Assembly (NCBI GenBank): GCA_000320545.1
Contig: ADNK01000501.1
Span: forward strand, 124,001-188,000
From: Bigelowiella natans CCMP2755
Lineage: Eukaryota > Protista > Cercozoa
Direction of reading: 5' to 3'
DNA length: 64,000 nt
The notes below the pieces were generated by a model. The model did no database searches. It was not told where the DNA came from and saw only the letters and a list, made by a program, of their open reading frames with translations. Shown here one piece after another: positions 53,135 through 64,000 of this stretch. The position numbers and the translations under genes are program-made. How positions within the stretch are numbered: position 1 is the first letter of the stretch; the number at the start of each line of letters is the position of its first letter.

Positions 53135-55053
53135 CCCACAATAAAAGAAGGAAAAAAAAGGGGGTGGGGGGGGGGGAGGCGGAACTCGCATGTATTTGTA
53201 ATATCTTTCGATTTCGTGGGACAAACGTGCGTCTGATTCTAACTATCTGTGTTTGCCATCTTATCTTTTGTTCGTCGTGATCGGAATACGCTATAATCTT
53301 CATCTTTTCCTATTTAATAAAATACATCCAAAGCAAACCTGCTGGTTTATCAATCGGGTTCCGAAGCCATTGGCGTTCCAAGAAGCGAGCTGATAAATAG
53401 CAGGAAGTGGGGAATACGAGAAGGAGGTTGACGAAGGAAGGGAGAGCAAACAGACAACAGCCATGCTAGTGCATGAATCATGTCTCCTGTTTTCTCATTT
53501 CTATTGGGTTGTCTGGCATAGCAGCAACGATGCAGTGCAAATCCTCCTTCCTTTCCCCGCACACAAATATGTAGAGGGATTGAGCGAGAGAGGTTAAACG
53601 TATCCGAAATGCATCATATACAGATCTTGCACACATACAGCAACATACGTCACGGATTCCCCGCTCCTAACCCTTCTCCTCCTCCTCCTCCTTTCACTCC
53701 TCATTGTATTTACGACACGCAACGTGCTACTACTACTACTACTACTACTACTACAACAACTACTACTACTACTACTACTACTACTACCTTGAGTATAGAT
53801 TTGGTGGGCGCAGATGTTCCAGAGGCCCCCTTCTCCTTTTTCTCGTCCTTCAGCCTCCTCCTCGGCTCAAAGAATTTGGAACGAGCCTTTTTGGAAGAAG
53901 AACAACCCCCAAGACTTGGCCGTCCCTGGAGGAGATGATGATGGGAAAAGGATCGCTTTCGCGATAATAATGAAGAGAGTGTCTTGGTAGATGAAGATGC
54001 ACGGTTATTGCTCGCAGCGACAGCAGCATCCTCGCCCTTTTCTTTTGTGGTATTACTACTGTCATTGCTGTATTGCACGCTACCAGTCGCTCTGGCGGGG
54101 TTTTCCATCACCTCCACCTTTCTTCTTGTCTCTAGTAGTGTCGGCAGAGAAGAGAAGGATGAGGATTGGGAGATTGGGAAGGAGGGAGGCAGCGAAGGCT
54201 CTAAAGTTAGCGACTCGTCGTCCTCTTCTTCTTTTTCTTCGTTATCTTCTTCATTTCCCCCTCTCCCCATTCCTTTATTCTGTGTACTTCCACTTTTGTC
54301 CAATTTTCCGATTTGGCTCTTCTGGACAACTGCATCCTTGGCATGACCATCGTCGTCGTCGTCACCATCTTCATCGCCTAGACTCTGTGGCAACGAAGGC
54401 TGCAGTGTCAGAGAAAGATTCGGTTGTTCCAAATTGAAATTAAACTTTCTGCTGCCGTAGTCGAAGTTCTCGCTTGTACTTGAAGATGTAGGTTTGCCTA
54501 CTATCCTGCTCTCGCCCTTTTGATCGGATTTCTTCCGATGTGGTATTATTGCTGCCATGGAGGGGGATTTCTCTCCAGCCCTCCTTTTCGCAGCTGAGGG
54601 TTTTTCTTTCGCGTCTTCTGGTAGTTCCAATCGGCTGGTGCTGGTGCTGGTGCTGCTGGTATTGCTCATAAATGCCATCAGAGAACGCTGTCGCATCCTC
54701 TTTGGTGTTCCCCCAGCCTTTTTCCGTGGGGGGCAAGTTTCTATCTTTCTCCCAGCAGAATTATGGTTCTCCTCCATTAAATCTGATGAATAATCGATCA
54801 AAACGGAGTCTCCTGATTTCTCCTAATCATTTATTGCTGTGTAAATATTTACCTATTCTTCTCGTGGATTTTGGAATAGGCTTGGACTTGAGTGTCGTTG
54901 TGGCTGAAGCTTGTGGTGAGGCTTCGCCTTTGGAGAATCGAAGTCGCATTACTTTCCCCAAAAGGCCTATCTCATCTCCTGTTAAAAATCTACTCTCAGA
55001 AAATATGACGAAAGCAAACATCAGTAGAAACATATCATGCACCAATACTAATC

Positions 55054-55097
<44 letters not shown>

Positions 55098-55655
55098 CTC
55101 ATTTCATGCGTGGCTTCTCACATATTACCATCAGCCAGCACCCTATGCTCCCCAGAACGCAGGAGTTCCCATGGTACCAGAGGCCCATGAGAATGTGGAA
55201 TACCATTTATTTTCATGCGTCTATATCCTAGAGGATTCATGCCTGTAGCCTCTATTAACCACGACCCATCATCTGGCCTCTGCTTGACGTTCCCAGCACT
55301 CTTGCTAACAAACTTCCAATTCTTGATCGCCTCCTTATTACCGCAGGCTTTCAGGATCAGTGCCTCCCTACGTCCAATCGGGATCGATGGAACCGGTCCA
55401 GATTTGCTCGTGGCAACGTCGCTATCAATAGCAGCTTCCGTAGGATGACTGCTTGCAATGAGGTCGCACACTACCTGATCAGGATTCTGAGGAGAAACAA
55501 GCCTGGCATTTTCGGATCTCACGTGCACTGAAATCGGGAACCAAGATAAGGGAAAATCTAATGTCAACCTTGCGCAATTTCGAAGTCATTAAGCCAGAAA
55601 TTATTAGCGAGCACTCGTTGGCCGACGTACCTTCTCCGAGATCGCGCGAAGCCAT
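50104..55655 (-). CDS. Exonuclease III/APE-family AP endonuclease with N-terminal FHA-like domain and PIP box
   Basis: EEP motifs LASWNANG, PDVICIQE, KYAGTA, DGRICI...STYVPNSG, PLIWAGDLNV, LLDAYR, FTWRG, GMRIDYTLVS and GSDHCPI. N-terminal IGR...VSK...GMNP (PNKP/aprataxin-type FHA). QRSLMAFM at ~54670-54690. Confidence 0.9.
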
Positions 55656-56081
55656 TGCTATTCGGCCTGAGAAGACTCTCCCAATAGAGGGTTTTCATCC
55701 TGAGACATACTACATTCACAGTTTAATAGCGAAAACATCCTACATATACTTGTTCTTCTTCGGGAAAGAAAGAAATATTGACAATATTTGGCTTCCGACA
55801 ACGATATGTCATTGTCGCAACAAAATAACCACATGAAAAGATAAAAATGATGGTTTTTAATACTTGCGACACGAATATTTATATGTCGTAGGAGCGATTC
55901 TCGGATTCTTCATTCGACTGAACAGATCAGATCTCCTGGAGAGGCAGGGAAAGCAGATTATGTTTCGTCCTACAGTAGTGCAGCTCTTTTGATTTGGTTC
56001 CACAAGGCTCTCTCTGGCAGACTCAACACACAGATTCCAGCAGCATTTTGACACTCAGAACGAAGAACTCATTCGAGAGTA

Positions 56082-57130
56082 ATGTCAGCATCCTCGCCAT
56101 CCTATGAGGACGACGGGCTGAAAGTATCTCTATGTGTTCCAATGCAACAAATGAAGAAGGATTTTTCTTCAAGGATGTTAGAGACGGAAGATTTACGTGG
56201 AGCTTTCAAGGAGGCTAAAGAACTTAAGGAGAGTATCTCCAAAAAACTAGAGATGGTATAGAAGAGAGAAGAATAATGATCTTCCAAGACATCTCAGAGA
56301 CCTTTGTATCTGCCTTATATTTTCGGATTTTTTGGACATGTCGAGCATAACCTTCAAAATATAATAAGTGATATGGTAACTATAAGGATGCCGAAGACCT
56401 CTCTTTATTCAAATTGGTTTCTGTTGGTCCCAACGAATTAATTTCGACGACACAGGTAATTTTAGTATCGTTCTTGTCACATTTTCGGATTCGATAGATG
56501 CCTCTCTCATTAATTCCCTTAATAGGACCGCTTCGCAATCTCATCTAGACATCGATCCACCAATCAAGCTCTCACAGCTGAAAAATTGGAGAATGTTCTC
56601 CAGGTTTAGACAAAACATTTTGAGACTTTCTTATCCTGAACACAATAATACCGATTTACAGGAGAATGAGCGACTTAAAGCCACAGTAGCAAGCCTCTCA
56701 AAGTCCATAGTGATGCTAAGGTTGGAACACATTGAATTTACGATATACTCCCTCACTAATGTTACCGCGGCGCATCACAGGAGAGCTCTTGTAGCACAGG
56801 CCCAGGAAAGAGAGGTGTCGGTGACCAAACATAGGAAGAATGAAGTAATTGATATCTCAGAATCAACCGAATCGGTACTTTTAATGATGAAGATCTTGTT
56901 TGGAGGTCCGAAGTGGTAATTTAAGCTTTATTTAGAATACTCGGAACAAGGTTCTTACAGGTCTTGAGATGGAACTTAACCAGTTGGAGAAAGTTTTGTC
57001 TATCGATACTACTTCACTGCTACCCGCGAAAGAGGAAAAGGACGATAACACGTCCCCTTTCAGTAGAAATAGTCACCGCAAAGGAGTCACCGATCGGGCT
57101 GATGAACTTGAGGTTGAGGACTTTGTCTAG
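56082..57130 (+). CDS. Hypothetical coiled-coil protein
   Basis: Joined exons MSASSPSYEDDGLK|MLETEDLRGAFKEAKELKESISKKLEM|DAEDLSLF...AEKLENVLQ|ENERLKATVASLSKSIVMLR|RALVAQAQERE...LEMELNQLEKVL...EVEDFV*, with GT-AG introns. Confidence 0.55.
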
Positions 57131-57530
57131 TTTGCAGCAAGCAAGAAAGGAACAAACTCTCTAAGTGATGATTTTCGTCTTCCACGTAGCATAGCAGCAA
57201 CATCAACAACACGCAATGCATACGGGGTATTGTGATAATTTGTGCAAAAGAACATAGCGTACAAAGAGGCAGCATCGTGAAATCAACAAGCATGCGTAAA
57301 GTATATATTTATTTTAGCCATGACGTACGTGTAGCATTATCTAACTATGTATCATGAAGCCGCTGAGTGGCACAAGCATGTAGAAAGACGCATGCGAAGT
57401 CTAGATATTTGTTGCTGCGGTGTGTATCAAAATGACACCTGTCTAGATGAGTTTCCCTATTATTTTCGAAGTGACCTAGAGCCAATCTAGCAATACAACC
57501 TACCCGCATAGAGCCAATAATACAAGCGTA

Positions 57531-57616
57531 CAAGCGTGGCATCAAAGCCCTCTAGCCCTGTATTACATGTCTATAATCTGTATCAAGCGTGGCATCAAAG
57601 CCCTCTAGCCCTGTAT
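57531..57616. repeat. 33-bp direct repeat in a convergent intergenic region
   Basis: caagcgtggcatcaaagccctctagccctgtat occurs at 57531 and 57584. Confidence 0.9.
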
Positions 57617-58012
57617 CAAGCCATGCATCTATAGTTTGCGTGGGGCTTGATTCTGTTGCTGTGGTACATTTTGTAGACTTTACATGTGAGCGATGAGTAA
57701 TGACAGGATGCATGGACTACTCGTCTTATTTTGTGGTGAACAGCATGTCTAGACGTGCAGTCGGAAATATATCTATCTGTAGCCACGCTTGCATTGCAGC
57801 CCGAAAGCCATGCAAATGTCTTGTTCATTTGTACACGCTATTGATAATCCCCTTTTTACATATTTTTTACATTACTTGGATTTTCTTCACAGCTACACAA
57901 GCTCCGATGAATCTAATCATAAAATTAAAGCACCTGACAGAATCTAACGAATGAACAGCCACATTTATACTGACTTTCGACACGAATGGGCATGTGCCAC
58001 ATAAAACTAAAG

Positions 58013-59379
58013 CTAGCATTTGATTGTGAAAGCAACAAAGGCAGCTGGCGACTCTTTCCCCGTCGTTCTACTCTTAGAACTGCTCTTCCTGCTGCCCCGT
58101 GTATTTCTTTTGGATGGTCTCTTTTTGCTACCACCATCACCTCCACCTCCACCATCTCGGCTCTTCTTACGACTGCGACCGTGAATCCCAGAAAGCAGTA
58201 GGGTGAAAACACCGTGACCCGCTGACGGAGAGATGGAAGGTTTGTGGTTCACGCAGACGAGCTTTGTCGAAAGTAGTTTGGGCATTATTCCAAACGTTGG
58301 CGAGTGGGAATGCCACGTCCGTGTCGGGAAATGGAAGGACCAGATGTCGGTGAAAGTGTGCTCTATTGAAGGGGGGGGGTTAAGAGGAGGTGGGATTGAG
58401 TAAAGAAGATGAGCAAAGAAAATCGATTACAGCGTGATATGTGGTTATTATAAAGGCACAATCACAACGTGGCACTTACTCGAGCCATGTATAGGATCAT
58501 GTCCGCCAATGATGACAAGGCGATCACCCAAAATCGCACTGATTGATCAAATATGATAACGGGGAAGGGTGGAAAGAGATGATAATACACGTCAATCTCA
58601 ACATTATTTTCACTGCAAGCAGAAAAAGAACATAAACTGATCTTCTTGACTAGGTTTTGGCCGTCGCATAAGGCCTCTCCCTCTCTCTTCCTCCTGCTCT
58701 TCCTCCTCCTTCCTGCACTTCTTCATTGCTACCTTGAATGGGCCATCCTCGCAGGCGGCTTCGACTCACCCTCCTTACCATTATAATTTAACCAAACACC
58801 GTAAGAAGAAAAAGGAGAAGAAGAGAGATAGAGCATGTGACTACACTGTGCGATGACACATACTCTCAGTGTGATAAGATACTAATATTACTTGCAATTT
58901 CAACTGAGTCCAAGCGAAGGTCTACGAATAGGATATGTGTATGGGCGAGAGATGATAAATAAGATCAAACACTACTTAAATGCTGCTAGCGTACGAAGCC
59001 AATTAAAAATCAGAATAAAGAACACACTGATGATTCCTGTTCAAATAGTATATTTGTTTTTTCTTCAGAATAATACCACTTAGAGCATCCCGTATACGTT
59101 CATTTTTTATACAATTTCTTTGAAATATGATAAGTTGTTGCACTAAGACAGCACTCTCGCAAGCAGTAGGACGAAATACATATGCTGGTGTTCATAACGA
59201 GAACAAACATACCCACTACTCACACTACGATTTAAGGTGGGGTGAAGCAATAACCATTAGATTGAGCACGTATATTTCGTTCAATATTTGGTTTCCATTG
59301 GTACCTGACGCATCACACAGAAAATGTACGACGAACACACACGCTCGGGACCATCATGATCATCCATAATCTCGATTAT

Positions 59380-59415
<36 letters not shown>

Positions 59416-60361
59416 TACTACGACTGCTACTTTTACTACAACCTCCAAATAGTACAAGGTGGCGGCCATACAAGTTTGCCGTGTGGTGTGCAAGCGCTGG
59501 TGCTTCCCTGCACCTACACCGCACCCATCGACCCATTCGGAGGTGCAAGCGATACACATCCGCGAGAATCTATGATGATTGTGAAATAATTGACAACCGT
59601 AAACAGCAACAACGAGAACAACAACAACGACAACGACGACAAAAATGGATGTAGAGAGGGATTCAAGAGGATATAAATTAAGAAGCAGCAGCGACGAGAG
59701 AGTCATACTCTATAAATGAACATACGTCATCATTACAAATGAGACTCCATTCCCCGACCTCAATCTTATTTTCCGTTATTAACACAACCAGTACTCCTTC
59801 CCTCCACCTTAATCCTCCTCCTCCTCCTCCTCTTCATCATCATCATCTTTTTTTACTACTTCTACTACTACCTGGTTGTTAGAGGTCCCCCCGTGAACAA
59901 GTAAATATTCCCCAGAAATACCGACAGCAACGTGATGCATGCGTGGTGCAGGTGCAGTACCTGTCGTCAATAGGCTCACCTATTATCATCATATCAGAGA
60001 GGGAGAGGGAGGGAGTTGATAATCAGATTTCTTCCACTTCGTGCCGTTTGGTTATGAGTCATCGTCACTATCTACATCAACATTATTTTACATTGATCCA
60101 ATGTGCACTACTGCTACTACAACTATTACTACCCAACGGCCGTGAGTGAGCGAGAAGAGGAATGTATTTGTCGATAACTTTCGCGACCTAGAACTTCCTC
60201 CAAACACTGCAACCTAGCAGCGATGGAGGTTATGATGATGATGATGATGATGACGACGATGATTGAAAGTAACACTGTGATTTTGTAAAGAAAAGAAGGA
60301 GACTGAGAGAGACAAACATAGAGACAGACAAGTAGATAGAGAGAGAGTGATAAAGAGAGAG

Positions 60362-60402
<41 letters not shown>

Positions 60403-60665
60403 GCGCGACGGACACTAGCAAACTTTTGACATTGATTACAAGTACTTATATTCCATGTAGAAAACAGCAATTACTGTGGAGTTAATGAGGTTGGCAGTAG
60501 CAAAGTGCAGTGATTGTCCTGGGAAAGGGGGCAACCTGTAATCATGATAAGAATATCAAGCTACTTAATCATAATTGTAATCATAATTGTTCAAAATAAC
60601 ATGTGTTAACGTAATATATTCACATGGAAATGGATGCTTTGCTAGCTAACGATATCATTTTTAAT

Positions 60666-60703
<38 letters not shown>

Positions 60704-61765
60704 TGCTTGTTTTCATCTTCTTCCTCTTCTTCCTCTTCTTCTGGTGTGTTTTTGTCTACGTGGTCCAAAGAGATCCAGATGTTGACGCGCGGGTGATATC
60801 TACGATGATTACATGATGTTTGAACGGTAGAGAGGAGATTCATTGCGCTTCACGAAAGATGCAGATTATACATAATTCAATGTTCTGAATATCAAGCTTC
60901 TCTACATCATCAGAGAAAATGAAAACTGAAGATAGGTTTTTATTTCTTCCTCCAACTCAAGTTACAGCAATAATAAGAACAAAACAAAAGCAGCTTTATA
61001 ACCGAGCATAGTTGTTTCTCCCGTAGTGCTCATTAGTATAGGTCCTGTTGTGCGTCATTATTATTTGAAAATGGAGGCGAAGGGGTGTCCGATTTAGCTT
61101 CGAATGTTGAGAATAAACAAGAAATGCACAAACGAAAAGTAATAATCGTTCCACGTATGAGCGTCCTCTGGTATGACTCAAGCTTGAGGGAATGCACAGC
61201 AGTTTCCTTCTTTCCCCCCCTTCTCTCCCTCTCTCTTGATTTACATTTTCCTATTATTACCGCATGGGGATGGCACTGCTGTATGCCCGGCCTGGAATAC
61301 AATAAAACAGATAATGTCACGACGCACTTTATTGATATAGGTGCAGCTAATCTAGTTGAGGAATAAATGAGATAACTCACTCGCTTCTTCTTCATTTTCA
61401 AATAATGCTAATCATAGCGAGGAGAGTAATACCCCTAATGACGGAGCCTCGCCAGCTATCTTAGGGCATGACACACGCACCTAATTTTAAATCCATTTCG
61501 AGATTTTACATATAATCATCGTCATCATCATAATTATCATCATCAAGATTAGCTTCCTTCATCGGTACAACGACTAGATGATAACGTTCACCATCTGATT
61601 GAATGCATCATACTCGGAGGAGGATTACCTCAACTGGCGTCGTCACACTAGCTGCTGGGCGCGAGCAACCGTGATGAGGCGTTCGAAGTAAGTCTGGTGT
61701 CGCCACGATAAGATATCCAAAATTGGAACTCTGTTCAAAGTGATCGATATTTACGTACATATAAA

Positions 61766-61796
<31 letters not shown>

Positions 61797-64000
61797 GTAT
61801 GTATAATATAAAATATATATAAACTTCTTATATTGAGAGGGTCTTCCTTCTCACAGCCAATGCAAATCAAACTAATTCTATTCTATATTGCACCGCTACT
61901 TTCTAAATCTACCAAAGTACTACCTTCAACTGTTGCATGTCGAGTCGGTCCAACTTAGTGCAGAGCTCTACCATGGTGAGCTATAGGAGGAAGAAGAGAG
62001 GAGAGGAGGGGAGGAAGAGGAGGAGGAGGATATTTAGGAGAGAACAGTAAGAAAAGATGATGTGAATCACTCAAACATCAATTGTAAGAATAATCAGGTG
62101 GTACTGCAGCACAACATTTGCAGTAATACTACACGCATGCCATCAAGTTCACTTTTGGTCTGAATCAAACAACCGGAATTTATAAATCTGACCGTATTGT
62201 TGTGGAACCCAAACAATAAGCTTCTGGCTCGTTAATCTTATAAATTCGGACTGCTATTCTCACATGTGATGTTGTCAAGACCTTCCTCCTCTTTCCACGT
62301 TTTCTTCCTTCATTTTCTTCTTCTTTGCATCTCTCAGACGGACTGGTTGCAGCAGTACCGCTTCTTTTCTCGTCTAGCTCCATTCCACTCGTTGCACTGA
62401 TACTCTGCGATTCAAACAACGACGGTACTTGTTGCTGCTGTTTCTCTTCATTTTGGTGCTGCTGTGCTACGGGCTCTTTCCCCTCAGGGCACGGGAATAT
62501 GTGCTGCATCAATTTCTTTCTCTTACCACGCTTCTTAGGATTCAGTGGCTGCTGTTTATGTTGTTGTTGTTGCTGCTGCTTTGGGATTGAGGAGGCGGAA
62601 CTCCGCGTAGCCATCGAGCTGTATTCGTATGAATAGTTTCGTTTGCATGCGTGTGGTGTAATCAAGGCAGTGGAAGTGAGAACTCAAGCTCGAGATGCGA
62701 CATAATGAGTACATCGGTGGGTATTAAAACGTCGTCCAACACAGATTGATATAATCATATCTAAATATCATAGAGTCACCCGTTTGTGTTGGCGGATGAC
62801 TGTGAGCAATCGCTGAGACTGTCTATGCTTGGATCCATCCTAGAGACAGAAGCACCTCCTCGTTTTTTCTTCCTCTTGGAACTTGTTGATAAATACGATG
62901 AGGATTCCGCTTTCGTATCTTTGTGACTGATGCTTCCTTCATACTCTGTGTCCACATCCGCCTTGGATTTCGATGGTGGTGGCGGAAGGAAGGGAAGAGG
63001 GGGAGAGAAAGGAAAAAAAAGGGGTAAAAAATGTGATCTCATTCCATGAAAGAACTGAGTTGTTGCTGCAACTGTTTCCAACAATTGGATATCACCTCGT
63101 CTCCACTAGTTGAAATAATAGCAGATGATGTTACATCTCGAGCTCTCGGTTTCTTTTTTTTCGTCTTGGAGATCTTCATTGGCACCGCATATCCAACGGT
63201 AGCTTCAGCTTTCGACGCCAACGCTGTGATTGGTAACGATTATGATGATAATGCCGTTGATATCTTGATGAAATGACTGCGGCTATATTGGCAACTGATA
63301 TCGATGACGATCAACGTAGTTTGAACAAACCTTTCTGCTGCATCTTGCTCGTGGGAGTTGATGATGATGATGGTTTTCTTGAGCCCTTAGAATCTATTAT
63401 CAACAGACGAGCAAAATGAGGTTATATTGTCGGCTCTCTTTTCTTCCAATGTATGAGTAAAGGTTTCGCCCGAGGACTTTGACGCTTTCACCATGAATCC
63501 CAGGATCATTCTACTTATAACATATTCAGTATTACCATTTTGAAGTTTTTCTGCTTCAATCGACGGGGAGTGAGTTCCAGGTTCCTGATTTTGGATCTGG
63601 TCGCTATCCTCGGGGATCACGGTAATACCTATCGTCAAAAATCTCTAGTTAACGCAGAAATCTTGCTTCCAGGTAGGGATGAGATGAATGACAAGATTAG
63701 CTATCCCGTGCATCGTCACCTCCCATTGGATGATTCCTACTGCGACGGCCCACCGCCCGAGTATCTGCCTCGAGTTCAGACACATCCGCATGTCCACCGT
63801 CCTTGAGTAATAAGTAGAACGTATGAGGTTACAATAAAATATTCAACCCTCTCTTCACATATCTCCATGCTCGTTCTCTATCTCTATCTGTCTATATTTG
63901 TTATCATGTCTATGTGCGCGCGCGCGAGTGTGTGTGTGTGTGTGTGTGTGCGTGTCTGATCTGGAGTACTCAAGCTACCTCTTCCTCATCCGACGAAGAT
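58013..64000 (-). CDS. Kelch-repeat protein with a long low-complexity N-terminal region (5' end outside the window)
   Basis: Kelch-type exons MYRLHLRMGRW...APALAHHTANLYGRHLVLFGGC, PPARMAHS|AILGDRLVIIGGHD, TFTDIWSFHFPTRTWH and GNIYLFTGG. Upstream S/K/Q-rich ORFs at 62180-63640 lie on the same strand. Confidence 0.65.

Overview
Intron-rich eukaryotic nuclear DNA with short GT-AG introns, many filled with CA/GA/TA/TAG/GAT microsatellites. It is probably from a protist (possibly a rhizarian such as a chlorarachniophyte; this is a guess). Manual exon joining gives 13 protein-coding genes that strictly alternate strand: a secreted PhyH-type 2OG-Fe(II) dioxygenase (-), a CRT-like transporter (+), a large Ankyrin-Roc-COR-EF-hand-CHAT-STAND ATPase gene (-), a TM/coiled-coil/EF-hand protein (+), a second 2OG dioxygenase (-), a rhomboid protease (+), an SMYD protein (-), a signal-peptide zeta-toxin-like P-loop kinase (+), a UBE3B/C-like HECT ligase (-), an acidic Claspin/Mrc1-like protein (+), an FHA-PIP-ExoIII AP endonuclease (-), a coiled-coil protein (+) and a Kelch protein (-). 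The best candidate for a new system is the Roco gene. It joins hypervariable near-identical ankyrin repeats, a Roc-COR GTPase, a caspase-like CHAT protease with an intact His/Cys dyad and a STAND-like NTPase, which suggests an NLR-like immune or cell-death receptor. Second is a ~2.7 kb relic (47.35-50.03 kb) strongly depleted of TpA: in its first 1.07 kb every TpA lies inside CTAG, suggesting a targeted mutational process. All gene models were spliced by eye, so exon boundaries are approximate and no database searches were run.
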